Shown here: piece after piece, positions 19,826 to 28,644 of the stretch
Layout: each line of letters opens with the position of its first letter
Position numbering within the stretch: the stretch's first letter is position 1
NCBI GenBank assembly: GCA_017559425.1
Contig: JAFYSI010000068.1
Location: 1-47,145 of the forward strand
DNA from: Alistipes sp.
GTDB taxonomy: Bacteria > Bacteroidota > Bacteroidia > Bacteroidales > Rikenellaceae
Length of the DNA stretch: 47,145 nt
Direction of reading: 5' to 3'
Made by a program: the position numbers and the translations under genes
The notes under the pieces: generated by a model
Database searches by the model: none
Told to the model about the DNA's origin: nothing
Seen by the model: only the letters and a program-made list of their open reading frames with translations

Positions 19826-21871
19826 ATGATACGCAAGGGTTTAACATCTATACTATTGATTGCTATCGGCCTTCTCGCCACCGTAGCAATTGGCGAGTGC
19901 AGCAACATTGCATCGGCTCAGGAGAGTGCAAAAACATCAAGACCGAAGATAAAGAGTATAGACAAAGAGCTTACCACACTACTCCTTGCCTCTCGCAACT
20001 GCTCTGAGGGCTTCTCGGCAACAGACTCGTTGCAGAGAGTATTTATCAAGCGTCTTGAGCACTACCTCACATATCCCGAGACCTACAACAACGATATGCC
20101 CAAGCTGCAGAACCACGTGAGAATCACATCATTCCCCGAGACCAAGACAAAGTTCTACAGCTTCTGGATATATGGCGGTGGTACGATGAGCGACGACAAA
20201 AACTATTTTCAGTATATGAGTAGTGATGGCGAAGTAGACTATATACCTTTCCTCAATGACGTACGCTACCCACGAGGAATAGTCGAAATATGGGACTTCA
20301 AGCACGGTGACACTAACTACTACGTCCTCAAGGGCTATTGTCGCGGTATGAGCAGCAGTTGGTATTACAGCATCGCAGTAGTCTCAATCGAGGATGGCGA
20401 GATTACCTACCACCCCGAGTTCTTGCCCAAAACGTTTGGATTTGTGCCAAGCGTTGAGGAGTACTTCACCTACGACGAGAGTGGACAGATTGATGGTCAG
20501 GAGGAGCGTCCCGGCTACTTTATGAACGTGTGTGGCACAGAGAATGCCAACGTCAACGTAGATTTTGACTTCGATCCCAAGACTCTTACGGTCACCGTAT
20601 GGGACGATGCCGACACCACATATAGTCGCACAGGAGCTACAACAAAGAGCGAGTGGAAACTCTCATTTGAGAGGGGTAAGTTAGTTGGCTCAATAAGTGG
20701 CGACTTCGATGGCGACGGCAACGAGGATAGAGGTGAGGCCTACTATCTAAACAGCATAACAGGCACAGCTACAGACAACGATGATATCTACATAGGCCCT
20801 GAGGACAACTACCATATGGAGTTCTCGGGCAATATCAGCCAAATAGATGGCCAAGACTTAGGAATCATCTCGGAGCTCACTAACGAGGGAGATCTCGACG
20901 GCGATGGAGGCGACGAGCTGGGACTATGGACTACGGCAGGAATGACATTAAATGGCTCATATATCGTCTATACATACAAGGATGGAGTGTGGAAGGAGTT
21001 ACTCTCTATTGGCCACAACCCCAACTGGAACGATTGCGACTATCAAGACCTTGTTTGCAAGCACCCCACAAAGAGTAACTGGCTTATCATAAAGGAGGTT
21101 ATCTGTGGCGACGGCAAGGTTCGTGACCGAATCATAGATATCAACAGAGTCTTGTCTCGTAGTTTCTGCTACGAGTATCTCAACTTTGAGGACAACTACG
21201 TCTACATCGAGGGGTGGAAGAGAGAGTCGACACTCAAGTTCCGACACAACCATCTCACTTATCACGACGTGGTGCTACGCATATCGCACTGCGACTGCGA
21301 GCCATTCACCTTCTATGGAGGCTGCACATACAAGGGCGATAGATATGCGGGCAACAGAGTGAAGTACCCCTACGACCACTATGCTACCTTCGTGACAGCT
21401 CCCGACGACCTCTTCTTCTTTGCCGACCTCGACTTCGACGGCACAAAGGAGCTTATCACAGGTCTAATCCCCGAGGCAGGATCACAACGCTACTGCGAGG
21501 GCTTTACGCTGATCTATAGGCTTGAAGATGGCAAGTATCGCGATGCAACAGCGGAGTTTCACGCCAAGAGCGAAGTATTCAAGATGATTGACCCTACGGG
21601 TTGGAGCATCGACACCAAGACACGCGAAATATACCACTATAACATCGCTGGTTTCTACCACAATGTTGATGTATACAAGTTCGAGGATGGCAACTACTAC
21701 TACCACCGTCGCATCGAATGCACCTTTGAGCAGAGCGAACCAGAGAGATATGCACACATAAAGGTTCACGACAAGGATGGCAAAAAGATTTGCTATTTCG
21801 AAGTATCGAAAGAGGATTATGAAGACAACTGGTGGGGCTACGTACGCTACTCACACCTTAACAAACAATGA
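19826..21871 (+). CDS. Exported multidomain hypothetical protein with DxDxDG Ca-binding-type motifs
   Basis: Start moved to ATG 19826 (MIRKGLTSILLIAIGLL signal-like); motifs GDFDGDG, GDLDGDG, ADLDFDG. Confidence 0.7.
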   Translation: MIRKGLTSILLIAIGLLATVAIGECSNIASAQESAKTSRPKIKSIDKELTTLLLASRNCSEGFSATDSLQRVFIKRLEHYLTYPETYNNDMPKLQNHVRITSFPETKTKFYSFWIYGGGTMSDDKNYFQYMSSDGEVDYIPFLNDVRYPRGIVEIWDFKHGDTNYYVLKGYCRGMSSSWYYSIAVVSIEDGEITYHPEFLPKTFGFVPSVEEYFTYDESGQIDGQEERPGYFMNVCGTENANVNVDFDFDPKTLTVTVWDDADTTYSRTGATTKSEWKLSFERGKLVGSISGDFDGDGNEDRGEAYYLNSITGTATDNDDIYIGPEDNYHMEFSGNISQIDGQDLGIISELTNEGDLDGDGGDELGLWTTAGMTLNGSYIVYTYKDGVWKELLSIGHNPNWNDCDYQDLVCKHPTKSNWLIIKEVICGDGKVRDRIIDINRVLSRSFCYEYLNFEDNYVYIEGWKRESTLKFRHNHLTYHDVVLRISHCDCEPFTFYGGCTYKGDRYAGNRVKYPYDHYATFVTAPDDLFFFADLDFDGTKELITGLIPEAGSQRYCEGFTLIYRLEDGKYRDATAEFHAKSEVFKMIDPTGWSIDTKTREIYHYNIAGFYHNVDVYKFEDGNYYYHRRIECTFEQSEPERYAHIKVHDKDGKKICYFEVSKEDYEDNWWGYVRYSHLNKQ

Positions 21872-23169
21872 CTATGAGACTCTGGCAATTAGCATCAATT
21901 ATAGCATCGGCTATTATTCTCACAAGCTGCGGTGCAAACAGCCATAACGACTGGCAAGAATACCTCGATACACTCGTCGAGAAGAGACAGGATATAAACG
22001 TATATCTCAAATATAGCGAGCCCATCGGTCGCTACGAGGTGACTATGCTCTGGCAGCCATTCGGCCCACGCACTGAGACAGGACTCCTCGTGGCAAACTT
22101 TCGCGACACGGTGACCAACGAGAGCTTCCAATATAGGGAGGAGGAGAAGTACAACAGCTATCACACCGATCATATCACCTTTGCCGAGGGCTTCGAGGGC
22201 CATCGCGATGGCGACGTGCACACTATTTCGACTACGACACCTGAGCAGGAGTTCTACACCGACTCTCCACTCAACTACTACGCCTCATTTCAGCTCTTCG
22301 ATGCCGACTTTGATGGCCAGGAGGAGCTACTAGTGAGCGACTGGTATCGTGGCCAGCAGGGCAACTACTACGCTGTATATGAGATACAAGACAACGGTCT
22401 CGTGCAGAGAGTCGATGGTCCCTACCTCGCTATTGACAACTGCACTCAGTTCAAAGCCTCAAAGGGGCAGATCTTTGTAAATACCCACGACGGCTATGCT
22501 CAGGCCACAACAGAGGTCTACAGCGTCAAAGGCGATAGCACTACGCTCGACACAGAGTACAACTTTTCGCTCACACCTGCCCAGGGATGGGCCGACCAAT
22601 ACGACGTTACACTCAAGCTTATTGAGAGGGGAGAGCTCCGTTTTAAGGGAAATATAGGACGCGTAGGCAGTCTCGACTATAACGCGGCAGAGTTCCATCC
22701 CGAGATGACCGATCGCGTGATCTATGCCTCGGAGGAGCTGCTCTTCTTTGCCGACCTCGACTTTGACGGCACCGATGAGATGATTACAGACCTCACGCCA
22801 TTTGCCGGCAGCCAACGAGACTGCCCAGCATTTAGAAGAATCTATCGTCTTGAGAATGGGGTATATCGAGATGCATCGAGCGAGTTTCACTCTAAATGCA
22901 AGATACTAAGAGCCATAGAGCCACTATACTTTATGATTAAGCCCTCGACAAAGGAGATTGTACAGTTCCGCGATGGAGGTTATATAAGCAGCGGCTGGGA
23001 GGTCTACACCTATACAGGGAGAAGATATCATTACGACCGCTATGTGTCGTTTGAACGCGACATTGAGCAGCCAATGCTCACTATCACCATCACCAACGCA
23101 CACAACAAAATCATCCGCGAATTCCGCACAACATCCCAGGAATTTGACAAGGATAGGTGGACCTATTAA
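21868..23169 (+). CDS. Lipoprotein with two DxDFDG domains, paralogous to the C-terminus of the upstream gene
   Basis: Lipobox ILTSC; FDADFDG and FADLDFDG; ATGA overlap with the upstream stop. Confidence 0.75.
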   Translation: MTMRLWQLASIIASAIILTSCGANSHNDWQEYLDTLVEKRQDINVYLKYSEPIGRYEVTMLWQPFGPRTETGLLVANFRDTVTNESFQYREEEKYNSYHTDHITFAEGFEGHRDGDVHTISTTTPEQEFYTDSPLNYYASFQLFDADFDGQEELLVSDWYRGQQGNYYAVYEIQDNGLVQRVDGPYLAIDNCTQFKASKGQIFVNTHDGYAQATTEVYSVKGDSTTLDTEYNFSLTPAQGWADQYDVTLKLIERGELRFKGNIGRVGSLDYNAAEFHPEMTDRVIYASEELLFFADLDFDGTDEMITDLTPFAGSQRDCPAFRRIYRLENGVYRDASSEFHSKCKILRAIEPLYFMIKPSTKEIVQFRDGGYISSGWEVYTYTGRRYHYDRYVSFERDIEQPMLTITITNAHNKIIREFRTTSQEFDKDRWTY

Positions 23170-23173
23170 ACCG

Positions 23174-23208
23174 AAAAAGATGTTGCCCGAACGAACAACA
23201 TCTTTTTT
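23174..23208. terminator. Bidirectional intrinsic terminator
   Basis: AAAAAGATGTTG-loop-CAACATCTTTTTT between convergent genes. Confidence 0.8.
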
Positions 23209-23224
23209 ATATCTACACTCTACC

Positions 23225-25276
23225 CTACCACTTTATAGCGATAGCGAAGCCGCCGCCGGGAGCAAGGCGAAGATCGAGAGTGTCGGCTGAGGTAACACTC
23301 TTCTGCTCAATGACATAGTCCGTTGGCACGGTATTCCAGCCAGCTAAGTCACCATCGCGGTAGATGGTGGCGGTATAGATGTGATCAACTGGTAAGAAAT
23401 CGAGCTTGAGGCTTACAACACGCTCTGTGTCGTCGGTGATAGCTCCGACGTACCAATCATCAGAGTGCTTATCGCGGCGGGCGATAACAACATAGTCGCC
23501 AACAACTGCATCGAGGCACTTAGTATCTGCCCAGTCGACAGGCACATCACGGATAAACTGCAGAGCATCTTCGTGCTGGCGGTAGTTCTCAGGGAGATCG
23601 GCAACCATCTGGATTGGGCTATAGAAGACCACATACTGAGCCAGCTGGTGCGTAAGCGTAGAGTTGACGAAGTAGCGGTAGTCATAATCCTTATTCACCG
23701 AGCCATCAGCCGTTGCTGCAGCACTATTCACAGTGTTGTGGTAGCGGAGATCGAAGATTCCAGGTGTAAAGTCCATAGCTCCCGCCACGTTACGCGTAAA
23801 TGGCAACGTAGGGTTATGGTCTATCGAGTTGCCCGAGTGCCAAGCGTGCCACTCCTGGCCACGCATACCCTCAGCCGACATAAGGTTTGGATATGTGCGG
23901 CAGATACCCGTAGAGTGTATAGGCTCGTGAATGTCGATACAGAGCTGATGCTCAGCACCCTCCACCACGGTACGGTTATAGTGGTCGACCATCGAACGAT
24001 CGTAGTGGTTACGACCCGCGATAGAGCCCACATATCCCGTCTTAACGCTATTTATACCAAGCGAGGCGTAGTAGGCATATGCAGCACCCATCTGCTCATC
24101 GTAGTTATCCACATTGGCGTATGTCTCGTGGTGACCGATGATCTCCACACCTCGCTCCTCGGCATAGCGACAGAGCTCCTCGATATCGAAATCGGAGTAT
24201 GGCTGCGTGTAATCAAACCTCTCACCACGTCCCCAGCCATAGTTCCAACCCTCGACCAAAACGCCACCAAAGCCATTCTCGGCAGCAAAGTCGATATAAC
24301 GCTTAACATTCTCGGTCGTTGCACAGTGAGGATACTCTCCATCACGGTCCCAGATAGACTCCTTGAGGTGCATCTCCCACCATACGCCGACATACTTCAT
24401 AGGCTTAATCCACGACGTATCCTCGATTTTGCAGGGTTCGTTGAGGTTGAGAACAAGCGTTGACTCGACAAGAGCACCCGCCCTATCGCCCACAATCACC
24501 ACTCTCCAGGGCGTGACGAACGGAAGCTCCACCTCACTCTTAACACCCTCATTTCCAGAGAGCTCCACAGCAAAAGTATTGCTCTCTGCATCATACGACA
24601 AGGCCATACCTGGATACTCCCAAAGAGCTGCTTCGTGGATGGCGATATGTGTACCTCGCTCGCTAGACATTGCCACGGGAGTAGCCACACCACAGCGGAT
24701 AATATCGCGATTATGACCCGCCGAGAGCTGCATATTCTCGGGTGTGATGCCGCTTAATGGCGTGTGCATATAGTCGAACTCAGCATCGTCGTCGCTACCC
24801 GCCATCCAGTGGGCTGCGTAGTCGCCAGCCATACGAAACTCAGTCTGCTCGCCAGTGATATTGGCAACACCCTGACCAGGAAGCAGATAACGTATACCGA
24901 GACCATCGTTATAGAGTCGCATCTCGACACTGAACTCTCGGCCGTTGGCTGTTGCTAGTGTCACGCACATAGCGTTATAGAGGTCGTGAATCTCGGCAAA
25001 TTGGCCCCACACTGGTTGCCAAACCTCATCACCCGACGAGTGCTCAACGCTCTTCACACTGAGGCCTGCGACATACTCACACTCCTTAGTTTTTACACCT
25101 AAGCACGATGGCTCGACAATGGTCTCATCATCGAACATCAACGAGTAGGTGGGCACACCCTCGGCAGTAAGGTTAAAATCCAACTTAATACGACCATCAG
25201 GCGAGCTGAGCGTCATCTTCTCTGCACACGACACGAGTAGCACGAGGGCTACAACGGCTAAAAACAATCTCTTCAT
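23225..25276 (-). CDS. Glycoside hydrolase family 97 (SusB-like alpha-glucosidase), lipoprotein
   Basis: WIKPMKYVGVWWEMH, YIDFAA, LVEGWN, HHET, VKTGYV, HEP, EGMRGQE, GAMDFTPG, YSPIQMVAD; likely start ATG 25276 (alternative 25294). Confidence 0.92.
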   Translation of the reverse strand: MKRLFLAVVALVLLVSCAEKMTLSSPDGRIKLDFNLTAEGVPTYSLMFDDETIVEPSCLGVKTKECEYVAGLSVKSVEHSSGDEVWQPVWGQFAEIHDLYNAMCVTLATANGREFSVEMRLYNDGLGIRYLLPGQGVANITGEQTEFRMAGDYAAHWMAGSDDDAEFDYMHTPLSGITPENMQLSAGHNRDIIRCGVATPVAMSSERGTHIAIHEAALWEYPGMALSYDAESNTFAVELSGNEGVKSEVELPFVTPWRVVIVGDRAGALVESTLVLNLNEPCKIEDTSWIKPMKYVGVWWEMHLKESIWDRDGEYPHCATTENVKRYIDFAAENGFGGVLVEGWNYGWGRGERFDYTQPYSDFDIEELCRYAEERGVEIIGHHETYANVDNYDEQMGAAYAYYASLGINSVKTGYVGSIAGRNHYDRSMVDHYNRTVVEGAEHQLCIDIHEPIHSTGICRTYPNLMSAEGMRGQEWHAWHSGNSIDHNPTLPFTRNVAGAMDFTPGIFDLRYHNTVNSAAATADGSVNKDYDYRYFVNSTLTHQLAQYVVFYSPIQMVADLPENYRQHEDALQFIRDVPVDWADTKCLDAVVGDYVVIARRDKHSDDWYVGAITDDTERVVSLKLDFLPVDHIYTATIYRDGDLAGWNTVPTDYVIEQKSVTSADTLDLRLAPGGGFAIAIKW

Positions 25277-25302
25277 AATGACATAACTTTTCATTTAAAG
25301 AC

Positions 25303-25339
25303 AAAGGTAGGAAAAATTCCGAAGAATCCTCCTACCTTT
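25303..25339 (-). terminator. Hairpin after the C11 peptidase gene; its arm overlaps a TACCTTTG -7-like element upstream of GH97
   Basis: AAAGGTAGGA...TCCTACCTTT inverted repeat; CAAAGGTA at 25302-09. Confidence 0.55.
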
Positions 25340-25359
25340 CAACAATTTATGTCGCTACC

Positions 25360-26550
25360 CTACTCAAGTATCACCTTTGCCCAGGCAGTCTCACGCCAAG
25401 CAGCCTCGGTAGCGGGGCAAGCCTCCTGAGGGATATAGCACGAGAGGCCACAAGAGCGACTGAGCTCGAAGCTATCGACATCGCCCGTAGAGGTCATAAT
25501 AGTCTCAGTATGACCAGCAAAGAGCACAGCCTCGCGGAGTGCCTTCTCGAATGCTGATGAATTCTCAACGCCGAGCTCTACATAGTGCAACAGGTCGAAG
25601 TAGAGGTGGTAGTCAAAGGCATCGTAGGCCTGAACAGCGTTTGCATCAAGCTCACCCATCTCGGCCATAACCGCACGCATAGCCTCAGCAAGTGGCTCAA
25701 GCTCAGAGCAATCGACAAGAGCAACCGTACCCGAAGAGTTCTTGTAATACTCCATATACTCCTCACAGATAGCACGTAGGCTGTGGTCATCATACTCAAA
25801 GAGCATAGGTATCATTATCTCGTATGGGAATCCAGCACCAAGCACCTCAGCAGCCGAGGCAACAATATAATCTGCCGAGTTGCGGAGGTCGTAGAGAGCC
25901 TCGACATTGCCCATAAAGCAGGCGTCAAAGATGATATAGTCATAGTGCGTATCGCTAATGGCTGCAACCAAATCGGGAATCTCCATACAGTCGTAGTCAT
26001 CCTGGCCATAGAAGAGAGGCTGTGCTGCGGGAGCCTCGCTGCGTGAGTCGCTCTTGAAGAGGTACTCATCATAGAGGAGCGATGGCACCCAGCCACCACC
26101 GTGCGACGAGAGGATAAGGCCATAGCTGTCGGCAGGTGCCTCAGCCTTGACCTGTGCAAGGACACTCTTCACAAAATCGGGGTCGACAGTCGAAAACGAG
26201 GTGTCGTACTCCTCGACAAGTCGCTGCTTGGCCATACCATCGTTCATATAGAGCTCCGTCAGGCGTGTGTAGTTGCCTCGATCGTAGAATACAAAGATGC
26301 GGAAGTCACCTTCGGGCATATTGTAGTACGAGGCGAGTATACGCTGCAAGTTAGAGTCCATAAACTCGGCAAGGCCATTGTTACCCTGCATAAATATTGT
26401 GAGCGTGTGGCTCTCAGTGAGTGGTTGTGGCAACTGCTCAACAGGTGGTTCAGGGGCGGGTGCTGGCTGTGGCTCATCACTATTACAAGCAACTGCAAAC
26501 TGCATCACAACTGCCACAAGGGCGAAAAGTAGGGTTTTGTAGCTTTTCAT
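25360..26550 (-). CDS. Clostripain-family (MEROPS C11) cysteine peptidase, lipoprotein
   Basis: Lipobox FAVAC; SYGLILSSHGGGW (catalytic His), IIFDACFMGNVE (catalytic Cys), GFPY, GLSCYIP. Confidence 0.88.
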   Translation of the reverse strand: MKSYKTLLFALVAVVMQFAVACNSDEPQPAPAPEPPVEQLPQPLTESHTLTIFMQGNNGLAEFMDSNLQRILASYYNMPEGDFRIFVFYDRGNYTRLTELYMNDGMAKQRLVEEYDTSFSTVDPDFVKSVLAQVKAEAPADSYGLILSSHGGGWVPSLLYDEYLFKSDSRSEAPAAQPLFYGQDDYDCMEIPDLVAAISDTHYDYIIFDACFMGNVEALYDLRNSADYIVASAAEVLGAGFPYEIMIPMLFEYDDHSLRAICEEYMEYYKNSSGTVALVDCSELEPLAEAMRAVMAEMGELDANAVQAYDAFDYHLYFDLLHYVELGVENSSAFEKALREAVLFAGHTETIMTSTGDVDSFELSRSCGLSCYIPQEACPATEAAWRETAWAKVILE

Positions 26551-26606
26551 ATATATAAATGGTATAAATTTATTTTGGTTATTCTCTGTAGTCTGACATT
26601 CTTGTG

Positions 26607-26749
26607 CAAATGTAAATTATTTTTTTCTATTTGCAATATATTTATCCACAAAACCATAAAATAAATATTTAAAACAAATTTTTAAAATTATTTTTTATCT
26701 ATTTTTTCTCTATTTTTCTTTGTTTATTTATTTTTTTATTCTACTTTTG
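26607..26749. promoter_or_regulatory. Divergent promoters in an AT-rich intergenic region
   Basis: Minus strand TACATTTG (26607-14); plus strand TTTG (26719-22)-N19-TACTTTTG (26742-49). Confidence 0.65.
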
Positions 26750-26802
26750 GGGTGCGAAAAGCGAAAATCAGGAAAATAAGCTAAAAATTATAAAACCTAA
26801 AA

Positions 26803-28617
26803 ATGTCTATGAGTATGAAACTTTACTTCAAACTATTCGTCGCTTTGGTGGCGATGTTTGCTGCTACGGCTTGTAACAATGAGCCTGAACCAAATGGCCC
26901 AAACAACGAGACACCTCTTTGTGAGGTATCGGTCGAGGCAACATCTATTACCGACACAACCCTCGAGTTTCGCATCACATCGAGTGATGCTGACCAGGTG
27001 CGTTATATCTTTACACAGAGCAGTGAGACCTATCCTGCAAAGGAGACTATCTTAGAGCAGGGCACAGAGGTTGAGGCCAACAAGAGTGTGACCGTAAAAT
27101 TTGAGGAGCTCACACCCGATACAAAGTACATACTCCACGTTGCTGGTGCAAACTCAAAATATACAGCATACGCATACCAGGAGGCTGTGACCGAGGAGTC
27201 ACAGTCAAGCGAGCCTACAATCGAGATCGTTGTTGGCGAGGTTGGAGTGAACTCTGCAAAGTTCACTATTACCACTACTAATGCTACAACAGTTAGCTAT
27301 CTTGTATATGATTTGACTTCTGCAGATCCCGAGATGCCTGAGGGTGAGTTGCCAACTACTGAGGAGATCTTCGCTAATGGCAAGACTCTTGAGGCTAACG
27401 TAGCTGCCGAGGTTGAGGTAGACGACCTCCAGAGCGGTATTGAGCATATTATCGTTGTTGCCGCAGAGGGCGAGGGTGGCACAGTTGTAGAGGGCACTAC
27501 ATTTAACACTCTCTTCCCAGCACCTATAATTGCTGCAGCACTCACCGAGGATATTGGTTACGATTATGCCGTATTTAGCATTAGACCAGAGTATGTTACT
27601 GAGCTTAAGTATGTATGCATTAAGGCGGGCACACGCGACGTAACAGCCGATCAGGTAATGAAGAACGGTACTGCCATTGAGCCTATCGATGCTACAGAGA
27701 TCAGGATTGAGGGCCTTGCTGAGGAGACTGCCTACGAGGTATATGTTGCAGCTAAGGGCCTTAATGGCGACGTTGTAATGGAGAAATTGACATTTACAAC
27801 CGCAAAGAATATCATCGTCTACACTATGTCTGATAGCACTACTGCTTCGGCATATAAGTACACCGAGAAAAACTACTATGTAACATTTGTCGACGAGGTG
27901 AATGGCTACACACTCAACGCCGACTTCTATGTTGAGGAGGGTGCAGAGTATCTCACATCGGGCGAGTACACTCTTGCAGGCTTTAACGCAGGCGAGATTA
28001 GTGCAGCATACACATCGTTTATGTTCACACTCACGGACACCTCAACCACAACATTTAGCAGCGGCAGCCTCAACGTTGTTGCAACACCTAACGAGGAGAC
28101 ACGCGAGATCTACTACGAGATTGCTGGTACGCTCTACTTCGCTGATGGCAACTCAGTGGTATTGAACTACTCAGGCCTTGTTGCTGGCATCTCACTCCCT
28201 GAGGTTCAGGAGGGTGCTCCAGAGGGTGCATATGTATTTGTAGTATCGCCCGAGACAAATATGCCTAAGCGAGTGCACGGCTCAAGCCTCCAGGCTGGCG
28301 AGTACTACCTCAAGTTCTACGACTCTAACTGGAACGAGCTCACCCTCGACCTCTTTGTACCACCAACACTCTGCGACAATGGCAACCACGCACTCCCTGC
28401 AGGTATCTACTCAACAGCAGATGGCACGCTCAATACATATAGCAACATCTCGCTCTACAACCCATACTTCGCAGGAAACTTCACCGAGGCAGAGCTTCAG
28501 GTAGACAAAGATGGCGACATATACACCTTTACGCTCCTCGGCACAGTAGTGTCAGGCTCTACTGAGAAGCTTATCTATATGAAATACACAGGAGAGGTTG
28601 CAGATATGGTAAAATAA
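26803..28617 (+). CDS. Acidic surface lipoprotein with three FN3-like repeats and two C-terminal beta domains
   Basis: Lipobox AATAC; repeats LTPDTKYILHV, LQSGIEHIIVV, LAEETAYEVYV; LTSGEY and LPAGIY motifs. Confidence 0.75.
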   Translation: MSMSMKLYFKLFVALVAMFAATACNNEPEPNGPNNETPLCEVSVEATSITDTTLEFRITSSDADQVRYIFTQSSETYPAKETILEQGTEVEANKSVTVKFEELTPDTKYILHVAGANSKYTAYAYQEAVTEESQSSEPTIEIVVGEVGVNSAKFTITTTNATTVSYLVYDLTSADPEMPEGELPTTEEIFANGKTLEANVAAEVEVDDLQSGIEHIIVVAAEGEGGTVVEGTTFNTLFPAPIIAAALTEDIGYDYAVFSIRPEYVTELKYVCIKAGTRDVTADQVMKNGTAIEPIDATEIRIEGLAEETAYEVYVAAKGLNGDVVMEKLTFTTAKNIIVYTMSDSTTASAYKYTEKNYYVTFVDEVNGYTLNADFYVEEGAEYLTSGEYTLAGFNAGEISAAYTSFMFTLTDTSTTTFSSGSLNVVATPNEETREIYYEIAGTLYFADGNSVVLNYSGLVAGISLPEVQEGAPEGAYVFVVSPETNMPKRVHGSSLQAGEYYLKFYDSNWNELTLDLFVPPTLCDNGNHALPAGIYSTADGTLNTYSNISLYNPYFAGNFTEAELQVDKDGDIYTFTLLGTVVSGSTEKLIYMKYTGEVADMVK

Positions 28618-28644
28618 GTATAACCGAAAAAACTATTATAACCT

